Shown here: positions 22,489 to 34,035 of the stretch, in pieces
Layout of the letters: every line of letters begins with the position of its first letter
How positions within the stretch are numbered: position 1 is the first letter of the stretch
Source of the DNA: Histomonas meleagridis 2922-C6/04-290x
Taxonomy: Eukaryota; Protista; Parabasalia
DNA: 64,000 nt
Assembly (NCBI GenBank): GCA_020184695.1
Contig: JAANOX010000207.1
Location: 124,001-188,000, forward strand
Reading direction: 5' to 3'
Position numbers and translations under genes: made by a program
Notes under the pieces: model-generated
What the model saw: the letters and a program-made list of their open reading frames with translations, nothing else
Told to the model about the DNA's origin: nothing
Database searches by the model: none

Positions 22489-24072
22489 TTAGTAAAACGC
22501 TAATGGTGTATCAAACAAAGAAGTTGTTTCTTGATAATTAAATGTATTTGTATTTTCTGTTTTATCTGTTTCTTCTGTTTTTATTTCTGTTATTGTTGTA
22601 TTTTGAGGATTTGTTTCATTTTCACTAAAATCAATTCCATCAACTTCAAATTCCATTGCGCATTTATTATTCAATGATTTTTCTAAATATTCAATCATAT
22701 GCATATTTTCTTCTTCTGTCTTTTTCATTTCTTCATTAAGTGTTTCTAAAGATTTACATTTGTTTTCTAAATTTGTTATTTTTTCTTGTTGATGTTGCAT
22801 TTCAACTTTATAAGCTTTAATTGTTTCTTGTAGCCGTGCTTGTTCGATTTCTATTTGCTTTTTTTCTTGCATTTGTTTCTCCCATTCTGCTTTTCTTTCA
22901 TTATGATGTTGTACTAATTTTTTAATATCTTCTTGATGTTTAGCAATTACTTTTCTTGATTTCTCGGCTATCCAATCACGTTCTGAAGCGCGTTGCTTTT
23001 GTTCTTGAAGTGATTCTTTGCATTGTTGTAGTTCTTGTTCTTTTGCCTTAAGTTCTTCTCTAAGATCTTTCAAAAGTTGATCATTTTGATCTATAATTAC
23101 ATTCTTTTGCTGATGATTTTCTTCAATTGTTTGTAATTTCGTTTGTAATGTCGCAACTTCTGTTTGTAATTTGGTGTTTTCAGTCATTATATTTTTGTTT
23201 GTTTGTTGAGTTTCTTTAATTATTTGATCTTTTTCTTGTTGAGAATCTTTGAGTGTTGCGATTTGTTTCTCAAGAGAATTAATCTTTTCTTCTTCTCGCT
23301 CATGTTGCGCAACTAATTGATGTTTTTCTTCTAAAAGTTTTTGATATTGTGTTTGCATATTTTCTTGTTCCTTTTGATATTGATCTGATATAATTTGTGA
23401 TTGTTTTTCATACTTTTGTTGTTGCTCCTTTTGGGATTCTTCATGTAAATGTTGAAGTTCTTCTATTTTGTTCTCATATTCTTGTTTAATTTGTTGTATT
23501 TGTTCTTTGTATTTGAGCTTTTGTTCATTTAACTTTTCTTCTTTATCATCAAGCTCATGAGCAAAGTCAGCTGTATGATTTTGAATTTGTAATTCAAGTT
23601 TTTTTATTTGTTCCTGGCTTTGTTCATATGATTTTTTGTAAAATTTTGTTTCCTTTGCTAGATGATTTTTTAATCTTGCATCAGACGCAGGAATTAATGT
23701 AACACGAATGTGAGTAAGTAAAGAAATTCTTGTCATTTGTTGCAACAACAATTGTGGTTGATCATAATTTTTACAGTCTATTACTGCTTTATAGTCGTCA
23801 CTGCTTTGACATTGTGATAATATATCAAAAAGAGAATTTGGAAATGATGTAAATTCACAAAATAATTGTAATCTTTCTCTAAGATTTGGAAATTCATTTG
23901 ATTTTAAGCGATAATCAAATAATAAAAGAGGATTTTTCGGATCAGTGATTTGTAATTCAAATTCTCCACCAGCTGGTATTGTTTTAGAAAACAAATAAAA
24001 AAGATCACGAACTAGAATTGTACCATCTTCTTGAACAATTTCTGTTCGCACGGTAATTTGTTTGTTGGACAT
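22489..24072 (-). CDS. SAS6: Centriolar cartwheel protein SAS-6
   Basis: Head domain (ITDPKNPLLLF, EFTSFPNSLFDILSQC, LLTHI.VTLIPASD..LK.HLA) followed by a long coiled coil. Confidence 0.85.
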   Translation of the reverse strand: MSNKQITVRTEIVQEDGTILVRDLFYLFSKTIPAGGEFELQITDPKNPLLLFDYRLKSNEFPNLRERLQLFCEFTSFPNSLFDILSQCQSSDDYKAVIDCKNYDQPQLLLQQMTRISLLTHIRVTLIPASDARLKNHLAKETKFYKKSYEQSQEQIKKLELQIQNHTADFAHELDDKEEKLNEQKLKYKEQIQQIKQEYENKIEELQHLHEESQKEQQQKYEKQSQIISDQYQKEQENMQTQYQKLLEEKHQLVAQHEREEEKINSLEKQIATLKDSQQEKDQIIKETQQTNKNIMTENTKLQTEVATLQTKLQTIEENHQQKNVIIDQNDQLLKDLREELKAKEQELQQCKESLQEQKQRASERDWIAEKSRKVIAKHQEDIKKLVQHHNERKAEWEKQMQEKKQIEIEQARLQETIKAYKVEMQHQQEKITNLENKCKSLETLNEEMKKTEEENMHMIEYLEKSLNNKCAMEFEVDGIDFSENETNPQNTTITEIKTEETDKTENTNTFNYQETTSLFDTPLAFY

Positions 24073-24770
24073 ATTTTCGTGTGCCTAAACGTACAGTATT
24101 CAATATGAGTCGTTGCACTTTTTCTATCGGTATTATTTGCAAATAACGTATTTTTAAATGAACCATTGTACTTGTTTCTCGAAATAAGTTATTTATTCGG
24201 CTCGACTTAACATAAATTCTAAGAAATAAAACAACAAAATAATACCAAGATGTTTACATTCTCAAAAATAATTAATTAATTTACATTATAAGCTTAGTCA
24301 CAAGCAAAAGCCATAAATATTTTATTCTTATTATAGCATTCATTTTTATTTCTTTAGTGTTTGCCATAAATTCCATGTTTACAAGACAAAGAATTGTTTA
24401 CTTATAATTCATTAAGTTCAGGAACTCAACTATTTTTTTATCAATGAAGTTAACATAGTACCTAAAACATTTAATCAATACATTTTAAAAGCATACGACA
24501 AATTAAATTACTGAAAAATTCCTCACAGCACGCATGTGTTTGAATCACTTAAAACGCTAATAAATACACGACAAATAAATAGACAAATAATTTCTTACTT
24601 ATATTAATATATACACTTGATCAAGTGTCGCGTCTAAATATGAAATTTGAGTCAAATAGATTTTATTTATTAATCAGAAAAAGATGAAAAAGGAATATAA
24701 TTATATGTACACTAAGCACAACTGCTTCGATCATTGAGTAAATAATATCGATTGTCTTGAAAAAACAAAA

Positions 24771-25478
24771 TCATTTGTTTATAGGATAATTTTTTAAATT
24801 ACTATCATCGATCTCAATGCAAAATTCTACTTTTAATTCACGTAACTCTATAATTAAAAGCATTGTTAACACAAGTAACAAAAACACAACAGAAAATTCG
24901 ATTATTGTTTCGAATTTTTCAAGTTTTTCACCTTTGTTTTGTGTTGGTGTTAATATTATTAATGGTAATATTAACACTGAAGTAATTGACTGTATAATGA
25001 TTTTTAATATTTTAAATTTAAGAATTGATTCTTTTAAGTGTCCAAAAAAGATTAAAACCAAGAATAAAAATAATGAGCCAAACCCTGTACCGGCAAATAT
25101 CCCATGTATATGTGGATTATCGCCAATTCCACAAGAACTCAATGATATAAATGAAAATGTTATAATAAATGGGACTGCTTTGTAATATTTATAATATTTA
25201 AACCCTTTTAATGTCAAATGATCAATGATTAAATTAGTATAAACAAAAATAAAAATACTTGAAACTGATGTAAATACTGCAAATATTCGAGACATCGGAA
25301 ATTCACGTGCTGAACCTGAAATTGTTGGCAAGTCTTTTGCAAAGCCACATAAAATATAATTAACAATAATCATTGTAAATAAAAGTAATATAATTAATAT
25401 TGGAAGCCATGAAATTTTAACTAATCTTTTTTCGATTGAAATATATGTTCGCCTCATGTTTTCATTTTTGTCAACCAT
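24771..25478 (-). CDS. Frag1/DRAM/Sfk1-family membrane protein
   Basis: LPTISGS..FP.SRIF, HIHGIFA, E motif in last helix, six hydrophobic helices; first ATG 25478. Confidence 0.75.
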   Translation of the reverse strand: MVDKNENMRRTYISIEKRLVKISWLPILIILLLFTMIIVNYILCGFAKDLPTISGSAREFPMSRIFAVFTSVSSIFIFVYTNLIIDHLTLKGFKYYKYYKAVPFIITFSFISLSSCGIGDNPHIHGIFAGTGFGSLFLFLVLIFFGHLKESILKFKILKIIIQSITSVLILPLIILTPTQNKGEKLEKFETIIEFSVVFLLLVLTMLLIIELRELKVEFCIEIDDSNLKNYPINK

Positions 25479-25618
25479 TTTTATATTAATAATACATTTT
25501 ATCAAAAATTAAGGACAGAAAATTTTATGTCTTTTTGGTTGAAGTAAATAGCAGTTAATTTTTTTTCTGTCTTTATGATTGTGAAGGAATAAACTATTGA
25601 ATTTCGATCTAACTTTAA

Positions 25619-27949
25619 ATGGAAGAAAAATTGTTCTATCAAATAAAAAAATTAGAAAATATCGCATTAAATATTAGTGACGATAATATTATTCCTTCCA
25701 TTCAAATGGTAATTGATCTTTTTGATAATAATTTTCTATATTCTTTTATTCTTGTTTTATGCCAATCAATTTATGCAGCTTTTGTTTCTCAAAATGAAGC
25801 CTATGATTTATATTATAATTTTCTAAAAACAGTGGAAATAAATGGGAAAAATTCAAAACAAAAAGACCTAAATATTTTTTATATTTTTTCACAATTTCTT
25901 TTAACTAAAACAACACAAGAATCAGATTATTTACTTGAAAAGCATAATGAACTAAACATTGTTAGTTCTAAGTTTTTGAAACGTAAAGAGACATTATATT
26001 TTGCACAATATAAAACTTTAAATGAGCTTAAAAATTGTTATTATGAATATAACCCACCATTCTGGAAGCTTTGATAACTATAAAACATTATCCAAAAATA
26101 ATTTTGAACTTCATAAACAATATGTTAAAGAAGGACATAATCCAAATGAAATTGCTAAAATAATTCGAAATGAAGACATAGAAAAACTTCAAGAAATATC
26201 ATCACAACCAAATTTTGATTTTAATCAAACCATTGAACCATCACTTTATGAAAGATGTACATTCATTAATCAAGAAAATGTTAAATTAATTGATTATGCA
26301 GCATTTTTTTCTTCAGTTAAATGTTTTAAGTATTTACTTATGAATGGTGCAAAAGTAAATAACACAGGTAAATATGCAGTTGTAGGTGGAAATGAAGAAA
26401 TTATTCATTTATGTGTACAAAATCATTCATCATTTGAAGACTCATATGAAGCAGCAATTCAATTCCATCGAAATGATATCATGCAATATGTTCACGAAAA
26501 TCGAATTTTAGATATAAATTATTTAGCAGACTTAGGGAGAAAATGTATTTTCTATAATAATTATGAACTTTTTACATATTTTATGGATGAAGGTATGAAA
26601 ATTGAAGAATCTTTTTTTAGGGAAGCAGCTAAAAATGGAAATTTATATTTAATTAAATATTTTCTTAAAAATAATCAATTACCTAATGATATTTTGATTT
26701 CATCATCTAAATCAGGAAATTTAGAATTCGTTAAGTATTTTATTGATCAAAATATATTTGATATTAATTCTAAAGATGTTTATCTTTTTTATTTTACTGG
26801 ATTTTTTTAAATTACTTTCAGTTTCTTGATGTTAATTGATACAGCTTTAATAGCTGCTTCAGAATATGGTTGTTCTAATATTGTAAAACTTCTTCTTGAG
26901 CAAAAAGGAATTGATATTAATTGTAGAAATATATTTTCGTAAAATTTAAAATTTCTTTATGAAAAATGAAGTATGATTAAAAAATTTGGATTTATTTGAA
27001 ATTGCTTAGTACAGCATTGATTATCGCATCGCAATTTGGTCATTATGATATAGTTAAAATGCTTATTGAACAAAATGATATTAATATTCATAGAAGATAT
27101 TTAATTTGTCTTATTAAAATTTGTTTTAATTATATGATCACATTTATTTTGTTATTTTTGTACAGCACCTATGAAGGCAATGGAAAGAGATCGTGAAGAA
27201 ATAGTGAAATTACTTCTTGAGCAAAAAAGAATTGATGTTAACACAGACATATACACATATTATTTAAAATTTATTTTTATAATTTGATATTTAAAAATGA
27301 TATTTGGAAATTATTTAATTTATTTAATCTTTTAGTTGAGTGGGCATCTAAAAATGGACATACAGAAATAGTTAAAATACTTCTTGAAAGAAAAGATATT
27401 GATATTAATAAAAAATATGTTATTAAAATGTTTTATTTAGAATTCATTTCAATTATTTGATTTTTCGAAATATATGGTAGTTATGATAATTATTTAAAAC
27501 AGTACTTATTTATGCATCTGAAAATGGCCACATAGAGGTAGTAAAATTACTTCTTGAACAAAAAGGAATCAATATTAACTCTAGAGATATTTATTTGTTT
27601 GATTTGTTGTTTACTCAAATAATTTTTTATTGCAAAATACTATTTGGAAATTATTCAAAATATTTAACACAGCGCTCATGATAGCATCTTCAAAAGGTTG
27701 TATAGAAATAATTAACTATTGGTGAGAAATAATGAAATTGCTTCTTGAACAAAAAGGAATTGGTATTAATTTCAAAAATATTTATTTGTTTTGTTTAAAA
27801 TTTATTTTAATTATTTCAAATATCAAAATAATATTTGGAAATTATTTTAATTATTTAAAACAGCGCTTACGATAGCGTCTTCTAATGGCTATGTGGAAAT
27901 AGCAAAATTATTTCAGATGAAAAAAGGAGGTAAAATTAATGCTAAAAAA
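25619..27949 (+). pseudogene. DUF3447-ankyrin gene with spacer-interrupted ankyrin modules, partly disrupted
   Basis: N-terminal ORF 25619-26074 frameshifts into 26022-26810; then 7 ankyrin modules separated by spacers; module 27669-27779 has a 21-nt insertion with TGA and one module is 88 nt. Confidence 0.75.
26778..27949 (+). repeat. Array of about 90-nt ankyrin modules alternating with 63-80-nt AT-rich spacers
   Basis: Spacers 26778-26840 (63), 26931-27010 (80), about 27099-27161 (about 63), 27249-27328, 27419-27498, 27589-27668, 27780-27859 (all 80). Confidence 0.9.
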
Positions 27950-28473
27950 ATTTCTTTTTTTCTTTTCATATTTTTTTTCAATAATTTGGTGGCGGTAACT
28001 CAGAAGAGAAAAATATTCCAACTTTGATTAAATTTCATTAAATTTTTAATATAAATAAAAAAATGAGATTCACTGTACGATTTTATTTACATTTAAAATT
28101 CATAATCAACTGATGAAATAAAAAATTATGAAAAAATTTTAGGTGTCACTTTAAAGACACCCATTCTTCAAAATTAATATGTAAGCTGTCCAATTTTTAA
28201 CGACAGATGTTTTTGATGTATAATACTGAAATATATAAAAAATCATATCATTTTATAATGGATAATATCAGAATAAAAATATTAAACTCTAAAATATTTC
28301 TTTTATCATTTAGATAGTCGAATTTGCAACGACAGAACAAACACCTTTTGTACAAAAAGATTAAACGCAACGTCAATAGGGGATCTGAGTAGTGATATCA
28401 AGAATAAAAAGCAACCACAATAAGAATATATTTTCGGAAACAAGCGCTTAAATCCAATGTTTATGATTACAAG

Positions 28474-28740
28474 ATGCGATTAGCGGAAACCAAAAAACGC
28501 TCTGAAGCCATCAAAATGCGCTTCTGTGCTCTCTATCAGCGAATAAGTAACTTGATTCAGCTCGTTGACACTTCGGAGAAAACAGGTGAATACATGCACA
28601 AGTTGGGTGACGAGAAAAGAATAGAAAGCAAAATCGAAATAGGAAATGGATATTTTGCGCCGAATATTCTCTACCATATGTCTGCACGTTCCCATAACAT
28701 ATCCAAAGTTATTGACGAATTAATTGATGAATTATGTTAG
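28474..28740 (+). CDS. Short hypothetical ORF or gene remnant
   Basis: 88-aa ATG-started ORF, higher GC than flanks; no recognised motif. Confidence 0.35.
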   Translation: MRLAETKKRSEAIKMRFCALYQRISNLIQLVDTSEKTGEYMHKLGDEKRIESKIEIGNGYFAPNILYHMSARSHNISKVIDELIDELC

Positions 28741-29016
28741 TAAATATATGTATACATATATTTTAATGCATTAAAATTGTTTATAAATAATATCATTGAT
28801 ATATATTAATATGAATTTAGTGAATGTAAAAACAATATAAAATACGTAACATGAAATATTGTCCATTTAAATGTGGAGTGATTAATAATAAGTGTGAAAG
28901 CATATTACGGTGCAAAAAAATATAAATCGAAATTATAATGACGTTTAACTCATCGTCATCATCATCTTCTCTGAAGTTCTCAGAAACCGACACTTTTTTC
29001 TAAGAGAGGAAACCTG

Positions 29017-30999
29017 ATGGAAGTTCCCTTAGAAAAAGACACATATGCAACGCAGGACAAAGCAAAGGTTAGAACACTTCCATATTTAATTTCGCAATAC
29101 ATTTTTTTACTTTCTATTGCCTTTATCATATTACTTGCATTTCTAAATCCATGGTATCATCCTGCACAAATATACCATTCCAAAGAAGCAACACACCCAT
29201 GGGACAGTAATTCGGATCCACTTCTATTTACCCATGTTACTGATATACATTTAGCCGAGTCCGAACCATTTAAAGTCACCAACACAATACTTCTTCTTCA
29301 ATACATGAAATATTACAATACTTCATTTCATTTAATCTCGGGTGACATTGTTGATAATTATGGCGAAAAAAACTGGCCTAAAATTGGACATCAAGTTCAA
29401 GAAGATTGGGTATTATGGAAAGCGTTAATCGAAGACGTTGGCTTTCAAGACAAAATCATTGATATTGCTGGTAATCATGACATGTGGGGAATTGATGATC
29501 CGTTAAGCGACCACAACTTATTTTTAGATTATTCGTACACATACAATCGTACCAACACACCCACCTTAGACTCATTTTTCATTCGGTCAATTGTCCGTGA
29601 TAACATCACATTTGTTCTCATCAACAATTATCGATTTCCATCAATCCATCCGCCATATATCTATTGGCCTCATCCAGATCAAACCTTTTTAGATCTTATT
29701 GAGGAGTTCATTGACAACATCAATGGCAAATGTTATGTTGTTTGTCATTATCCAGTCGATTACAATTGGAACGTTCGCTCAAGTAAAGGCCATACGTTCA
29801 ATGATATAATGGAGAACGAAAAAATCGAAGCCTTATTTTCGGGGCATTTCCATCCGCCCGATGTCATGATAATTCATCACAAACAAGGCGCTGTTGAATA
29901 CATTGGACCAGGCGCATATCAACGTAAAGCGTTTGGTATAGTTTCTATTGATAATGGACGCTTTGTTTATCATACTATTAACTTAACGAAGATTCCGAAA
30001 CATTTTCTATTAACTCATCCGATACCATTACAACAATTATCGAGTCATCAAATATTTAATGAACGTGATACCGAAATTCGATTACTTTCATATGCGAAGA
30101 AGAATGTAACGATTCGAATAAGCGGAGATATTAATGGCGTCTTAAAATATTCACGTAAGTTAAAGAACGGAGCTGATTTATATACATATCCAATTCATTT
30201 ACAAAATGGTAAATATAAAATTCATTTGTCCGGTGACGGATGTAATATTACACGAGAATTTGTTATTGGTGATAACTTTAAAGGTGATAAAGATTTAAGT
30301 TCTTGTTATCATCGCGGATTAAATGTTACACGTTTCTGTTTAATACCAATTATCTTATATGTGATTTGGATTACGTTTCCATTTAATGGGAACGAAAATA
30401 AAGATACTGAAGATTGGATCAAAGGGAAAACTAATAATAATAATTTGAAAAATTGGTTAATTGTAATATTCTTAAGTCCGAATTTGATTCGAACAAGAAT
30501 GTTAAAGTTGCCAAAGTTATTTAGATATGTTTTGTTCGCTTTTATGTTTTATCCTTTCGTATTGCCACATCATTTGTTTAAGCCAATATTCGGATTATAT
30601 GGTTATTCATTCTTATGCTTCATAGTCATAGGAAAGAAAATAATGTTCGATAATTGGGCAGTACATATGACTTTGTTTTATTACGTTTTAATAATTTGCC
30701 CTTTTGTGTTTTACGTTTCGTCTTTGAAATTGAGATATAAATGCGAGTGGATATATAAATGGAATCGTTTCTTGTGCTTTTTGTTGTTGTTCGGCGTTTG
30801 CGTAATTAACTATAGATGGGTCGGTGAATCTGTGATAATTCCTTTGCTTTTCGTAAACCCGTCGTTTGTGTTGGTGCCAATTTGTTTACATTCGGCGTTC
30901 TATTTAATTGTGATAAAAAATAAAAAGAAAATAGACCAGCCTCAATTCGATGTCGAAATGGACCCGCAACAATTGAATGAAAGATTAAACGAAATTTAA
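29017..30999 (+). CDS. TMEM62-like calcineurin-like metallophosphoesterase with C-terminal TM helices
   Basis: TDIHL, SGDIVDN, AGNHD, CHYP, SGHFH metallophosphoesterase motifs; N-terminal TM anchor; multi-TM C-terminus. Confidence 0.85.
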   Translation: MEVPLEKDTYATQDKAKVRTLPYLISQYIFLLSIAFIILLAFLNPWYHPAQIYHSKEATHPWDSNSDPLLFTHVTDIHLAESEPFKVTNTILLLQYMKYYNTSFHLISGDIVDNYGEKNWPKIGHQVQEDWVLWKALIEDVGFQDKIIDIAGNHDMWGIDDPLSDHNLFLDYSYTYNRTNTPTLDSFFIRSIVRDNITFVLINNYRFPSIHPPYIYWPHPDQTFLDLIEEFIDNINGKCYVVCHYPVDYNWNVRSSKGHTFNDIMENEKIEALFSGHFHPPDVMIIHHKQGAVEYIGPGAYQRKAFGIVSIDNGRFVYHTINLTKIPKHFLLTHPIPLQQLSSHQIFNERDTEIRLLSYAKKNVTIRISGDINGVLKYSRKLKNGADLYTYPIHLQNGKYKIHLSGDGCNITREFVIGDNFKGDKDLSSCYHRGLNVTRFCLIPIILYVIWITFPFNGNENKDTEDWIKGKTNNNNLKNWLIVIFLSPNLIRTRMLKLPKLFRYVLFAFMFYPFVLPHHLFKPIFGLYGYSFLCFIVIGKKIMFDNWAVHMTLFYYVLIICPFVFYVSSLKLRYKCEWIYKWNRFLCFLLLFGVCVINYRWVGESVIIPLLFVNPSFVLVPICLHSAFYLIVIKNKKKIDQPQFDVEMDPQQLNERLNEI

Positions 31000-32103
31000 T
31001 AAAGACTGTCTTTGAATATTCTTTTGGATCAATTAAGGTAATATATTTTTTCGATATTTAAAGGAATTGATGATGTTGGTGTTCATTTCTTATAAGACGT
31101 AACATTGAATGTTCACCACTTAAGAAAATATGTATCAATAAACGATGTTCAACTTCAATTTTCCAATTAATTCCTTTCAAAAAATTAAATTCACAACACC
31201 TCACAGAAAAGTCTTGTTTATCGATTGCTTACATGTTTTAACAATTTTCTGAGTTATGGTAAAGTTTTGTGATGGGTGACTTCATATGATATTTTATATA
31301 TTGTACCATTGGTTTTTTAATGGTTTGCTATTTGTAAAAATGCATATGAAAAAAAAGTACCATTTTTCTCCAACTACAATGGGTTAAAAAAGTATGAATT
31401 ATTTTGAACATATATCAAAAGAAAAGATTATCAAATGTATCTTGACATTGTAACAAATCTTTAATATTATCTTAGGATTAAAAAATATTTATATTTTATT
31501 TGATCGGTTCATCACATTCTTCTAACAATAAATACACAAAATTTTATTTCTATTTTTTAACAAATAAGTTTTTATTGCAAAATATGTTTTCTTGGCACCA
31601 AAATAAGATCACACCATCAGAATCATAAATGTTGAAGCTACTATAATGCTTATATTTTTCGTTTTAATAAGTTCTTCCATATAGTATATTTGATCTTCAA
31701 CCTTTATGCAAAATCTCAAAAATTTCATGAATATCCGATTTCTATTATCTAATATTTTAATTAACACAGGCTTCTATAATCTTAGATCATGATGAAACTT
31801 TCATATAGATTTAAGTTCTTCTTCATTTTCATATTCTTGCTGGAGATTGATTTTACGGTTACACTCTCAATTTTGATTACGAATTCAATATGTCATAACG
31901 ACTTTTCAGGCAAACGGCAGTTTCCGTTTAACATCGCTGCTTTTTGACAATGACTTTTTGAATTAAAACGTTTTAATTGAATATGTGTAACGATTGATAA
32001 GTGCTCAAAAACATTTATTTTTAATACAATTTTTCAATGTTATGGCGTTGTGATCTATTTTTGTATAGTTTATAATTTATTACATTCCATAATCATTTTC
32101 TAA

Positions 32104-34035
32104 ATGATAGCTCAGTTTCTAATACTTACAGTGCCTGCAATGTACAACAAAGTTACTAGAGGCACGCTATTGCCTCCTATTTTCCATAATACGAGAATTA
32201 ATTTGATTTCATATCGAAAAAATTTATGGTTCAGGAGTAATGATCTGCTTACTATGCTTCATTATAAGTTATTATGTTCTTATGGTAATTGTGTGTCATT
32301 TGATATAATATCAGTAATCAACAAATCACAATATCAATTTTACGATAATAGTCCCATAACAAAATTTGGAATTCCTTGCACATCAAATTATACTTCGAAA
32401 AACTGTATAATATTTCCATCTTTTCCAAATCATAAATATGATTCGTCAACATTGAAAGCAATAGTTTTTACAATAAGTACATTCATAGTATTTCTTATGT
32501 TTTTATTTCAATATTTTGGATTATTATTTAGGGAAGAAACTTCTTTTAAAGAAAACATAATGAAGTTTATGTTTGTAATACTTTTTACACATACGTATGA
32601 AGAATATGATTCAACTACACAAACACTAACAATAAATTCTCAAAGCGATTTTGACACAACTTACCGTGATGAAGCAAAGAATCTTGTTATCAAAGATGGA
32701 ATCACTGAAATACCAGATGAAGCTTTTAAAGGTTTTAGTATACTCGAAAATATTAATTTTGGGAACACTATAAAAACAATTGGAACTTCATCATTTGAGC
32801 AATGTGAATCACTTCGTGACATTGTAATTCCTGAATCAGTTGAAACCATCAATGATGGTGCTTTTTATGATTGTTTACGCTTAACAAGTATAATAATACC
32901 TGATTCTATATCATCTATTAATTCGATTACGTTTTTTTTCTGCACTTCTCTGACATATGTAACACTTGGACAAAAGATTACATACATTGGACCTTCCGCA
33001 TTTTCCCTTTGTTCGCACCTCGAATGCTTTTATTTTTTGGGGCAAAACTTACCTTCAATAGATTCGACTGCGTTTGAATTTGCAATAAGTTCTTTGACTG
33101 TAATGACATTTTGGTTTTATACTGCGAATTATTTCGGCCCATATTCAGTCTCAAAAGGAGATACTGTTTCAGGATGTAATCCATTACCAACACTAACATT
33201 AACATGTTCGTTCACACAATCGAATACATTTTCACACACATTTACTGAGTCAAATCAATTTACTAATTCGAATACATTTTCACAATCAAATTCGTTTTCT
33301 CAAAGTAATACATTATTCGGTTCAAATACATATTCGCAATCGAATTCTTCTTCCCAATCGAATACATATTCACAAAGTAATTCATTTTCTTTTTCATTTA
33401 CATTTTCACAATCAAATACATATTTGCAAAGTAATACATTTTCTCAATCGTATACATTTACATTTTCGAATACATTTTCTCAATCGAATACTTTTACACA
33501 AACAAATTCTTTTTCAAAATCGGATACACTTATAGAAACAATTGGATTTACTAATGGAGAATATGACACTACAATAACACTTTCATTTACATATTCATAT
33601 TCTGCGACAGAAACAATTATTTCGTTGTGTTATCTTTCGAATAGTTTTGCAATTTCGATGATTAATTCATCATATACATATATTAATTCAGAGTTTATAT
33701 ATTACGAATATAAAGTTATTGCTTATTCAACAAATTTTGCATTTTATTCATATTTCGTATTATATCAAAATGAACAACAAAAAAATGATGACAATAATAA
33801 AAATTTAACATTTATTATAATCGGAACTTGTGTTCCAATTGTAATAATAGTAATAGTTATTGTTATAGTTTTGATAGTTTTTAGAAAGAAGAAAAACTCA
33901 AGTGAAGTTGAAGAAGAAATGAAAAATTTCGATGAAGCATCGCTGAATAACTTTTCGACTGGTGTGTCATTGGAGAATCTTGAAGAAGACCCTTTTGCAG
34001 TCGATTTCAAGGATAAGCCTTTCGTAAACATATGA
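32104..34035 (+). CDS. BspA-like (TpLRR) surface protein
   Basis: 23-aa LRRs (LRDIVIPESVETINDGAFYDC), SNTF stalk, TM helix, EEDPFAVDF tail; a signal-like start at 32560 is an alternative to 32104. Confidence 0.88.
   Translation: MIAQFLILTVPAMYNKVTRGTLLPPIFHNTRINLISYRKNLWFRSNDLLTMLHYKLLCSYGNCVSFDIISVINKSQYQFYDNSPITKFGIPCTSNYTSKNCIIFPSFPNHKYDSSTLKAIVFTISTFIVFLMFLFQYFGLLFREETSFKENIMKFMFVILFTHTYEEYDSTTQTLTINSQSDFDTTYRDEAKNLVIKDGITEIPDEAFKGFSILENINFGNTIKTIGTSSFEQCESLRDIVIPESVETINDGAFYDCLRLTSIIIPDSISSINSITFFFCTSLTYVTLGQKITYIGPSAFSLCSHLECFYFLGQNLPSIDSTAFEFAISSLTVMTFWFYTANYFGPYSVSKGDTVSGCNPLPTLTLTCSFTQSNTFSHTFTESNQFTNSNTFSQSNSFSQSNTLFGSNTYSQSNSSSQSNTYSQSNSFSFSFTFSQSNTYLQSNTFSQSYTFTFSNTFSQSNTFTQTNSFSKSDTLIETIGFTNGEYDTTITLSFTYSYSATETIISLCYLSNSFAISMINSSYTYINSEFIYYEYKVIAYSTNFAFYSYFVLYQNEQQKNDDNNKNLTFIIIGTCVPIVIIVIVIVIVLIVFRKKKNSSEVEEEMKNFDEASLNNFSTGVSLENLEEDPFAVDFKDKPFVNI

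Noticed and set aside
27850-27865. -1 ribosomal frameshifting at T TTA AAA at the spacer end
   Set aside because: It works for this stop-free 80-nt spacer, but many spacers have an earlier in-frame stop, the heptamer is not conserved, and 60- or 100-nt spacers need other shifts
28142-28161. GGTGTC...GACACC hairpin as a Helitron end or terminator
   Set aside because: Only a 6-bp stem, no CTRR terminus nearby, single occurrence
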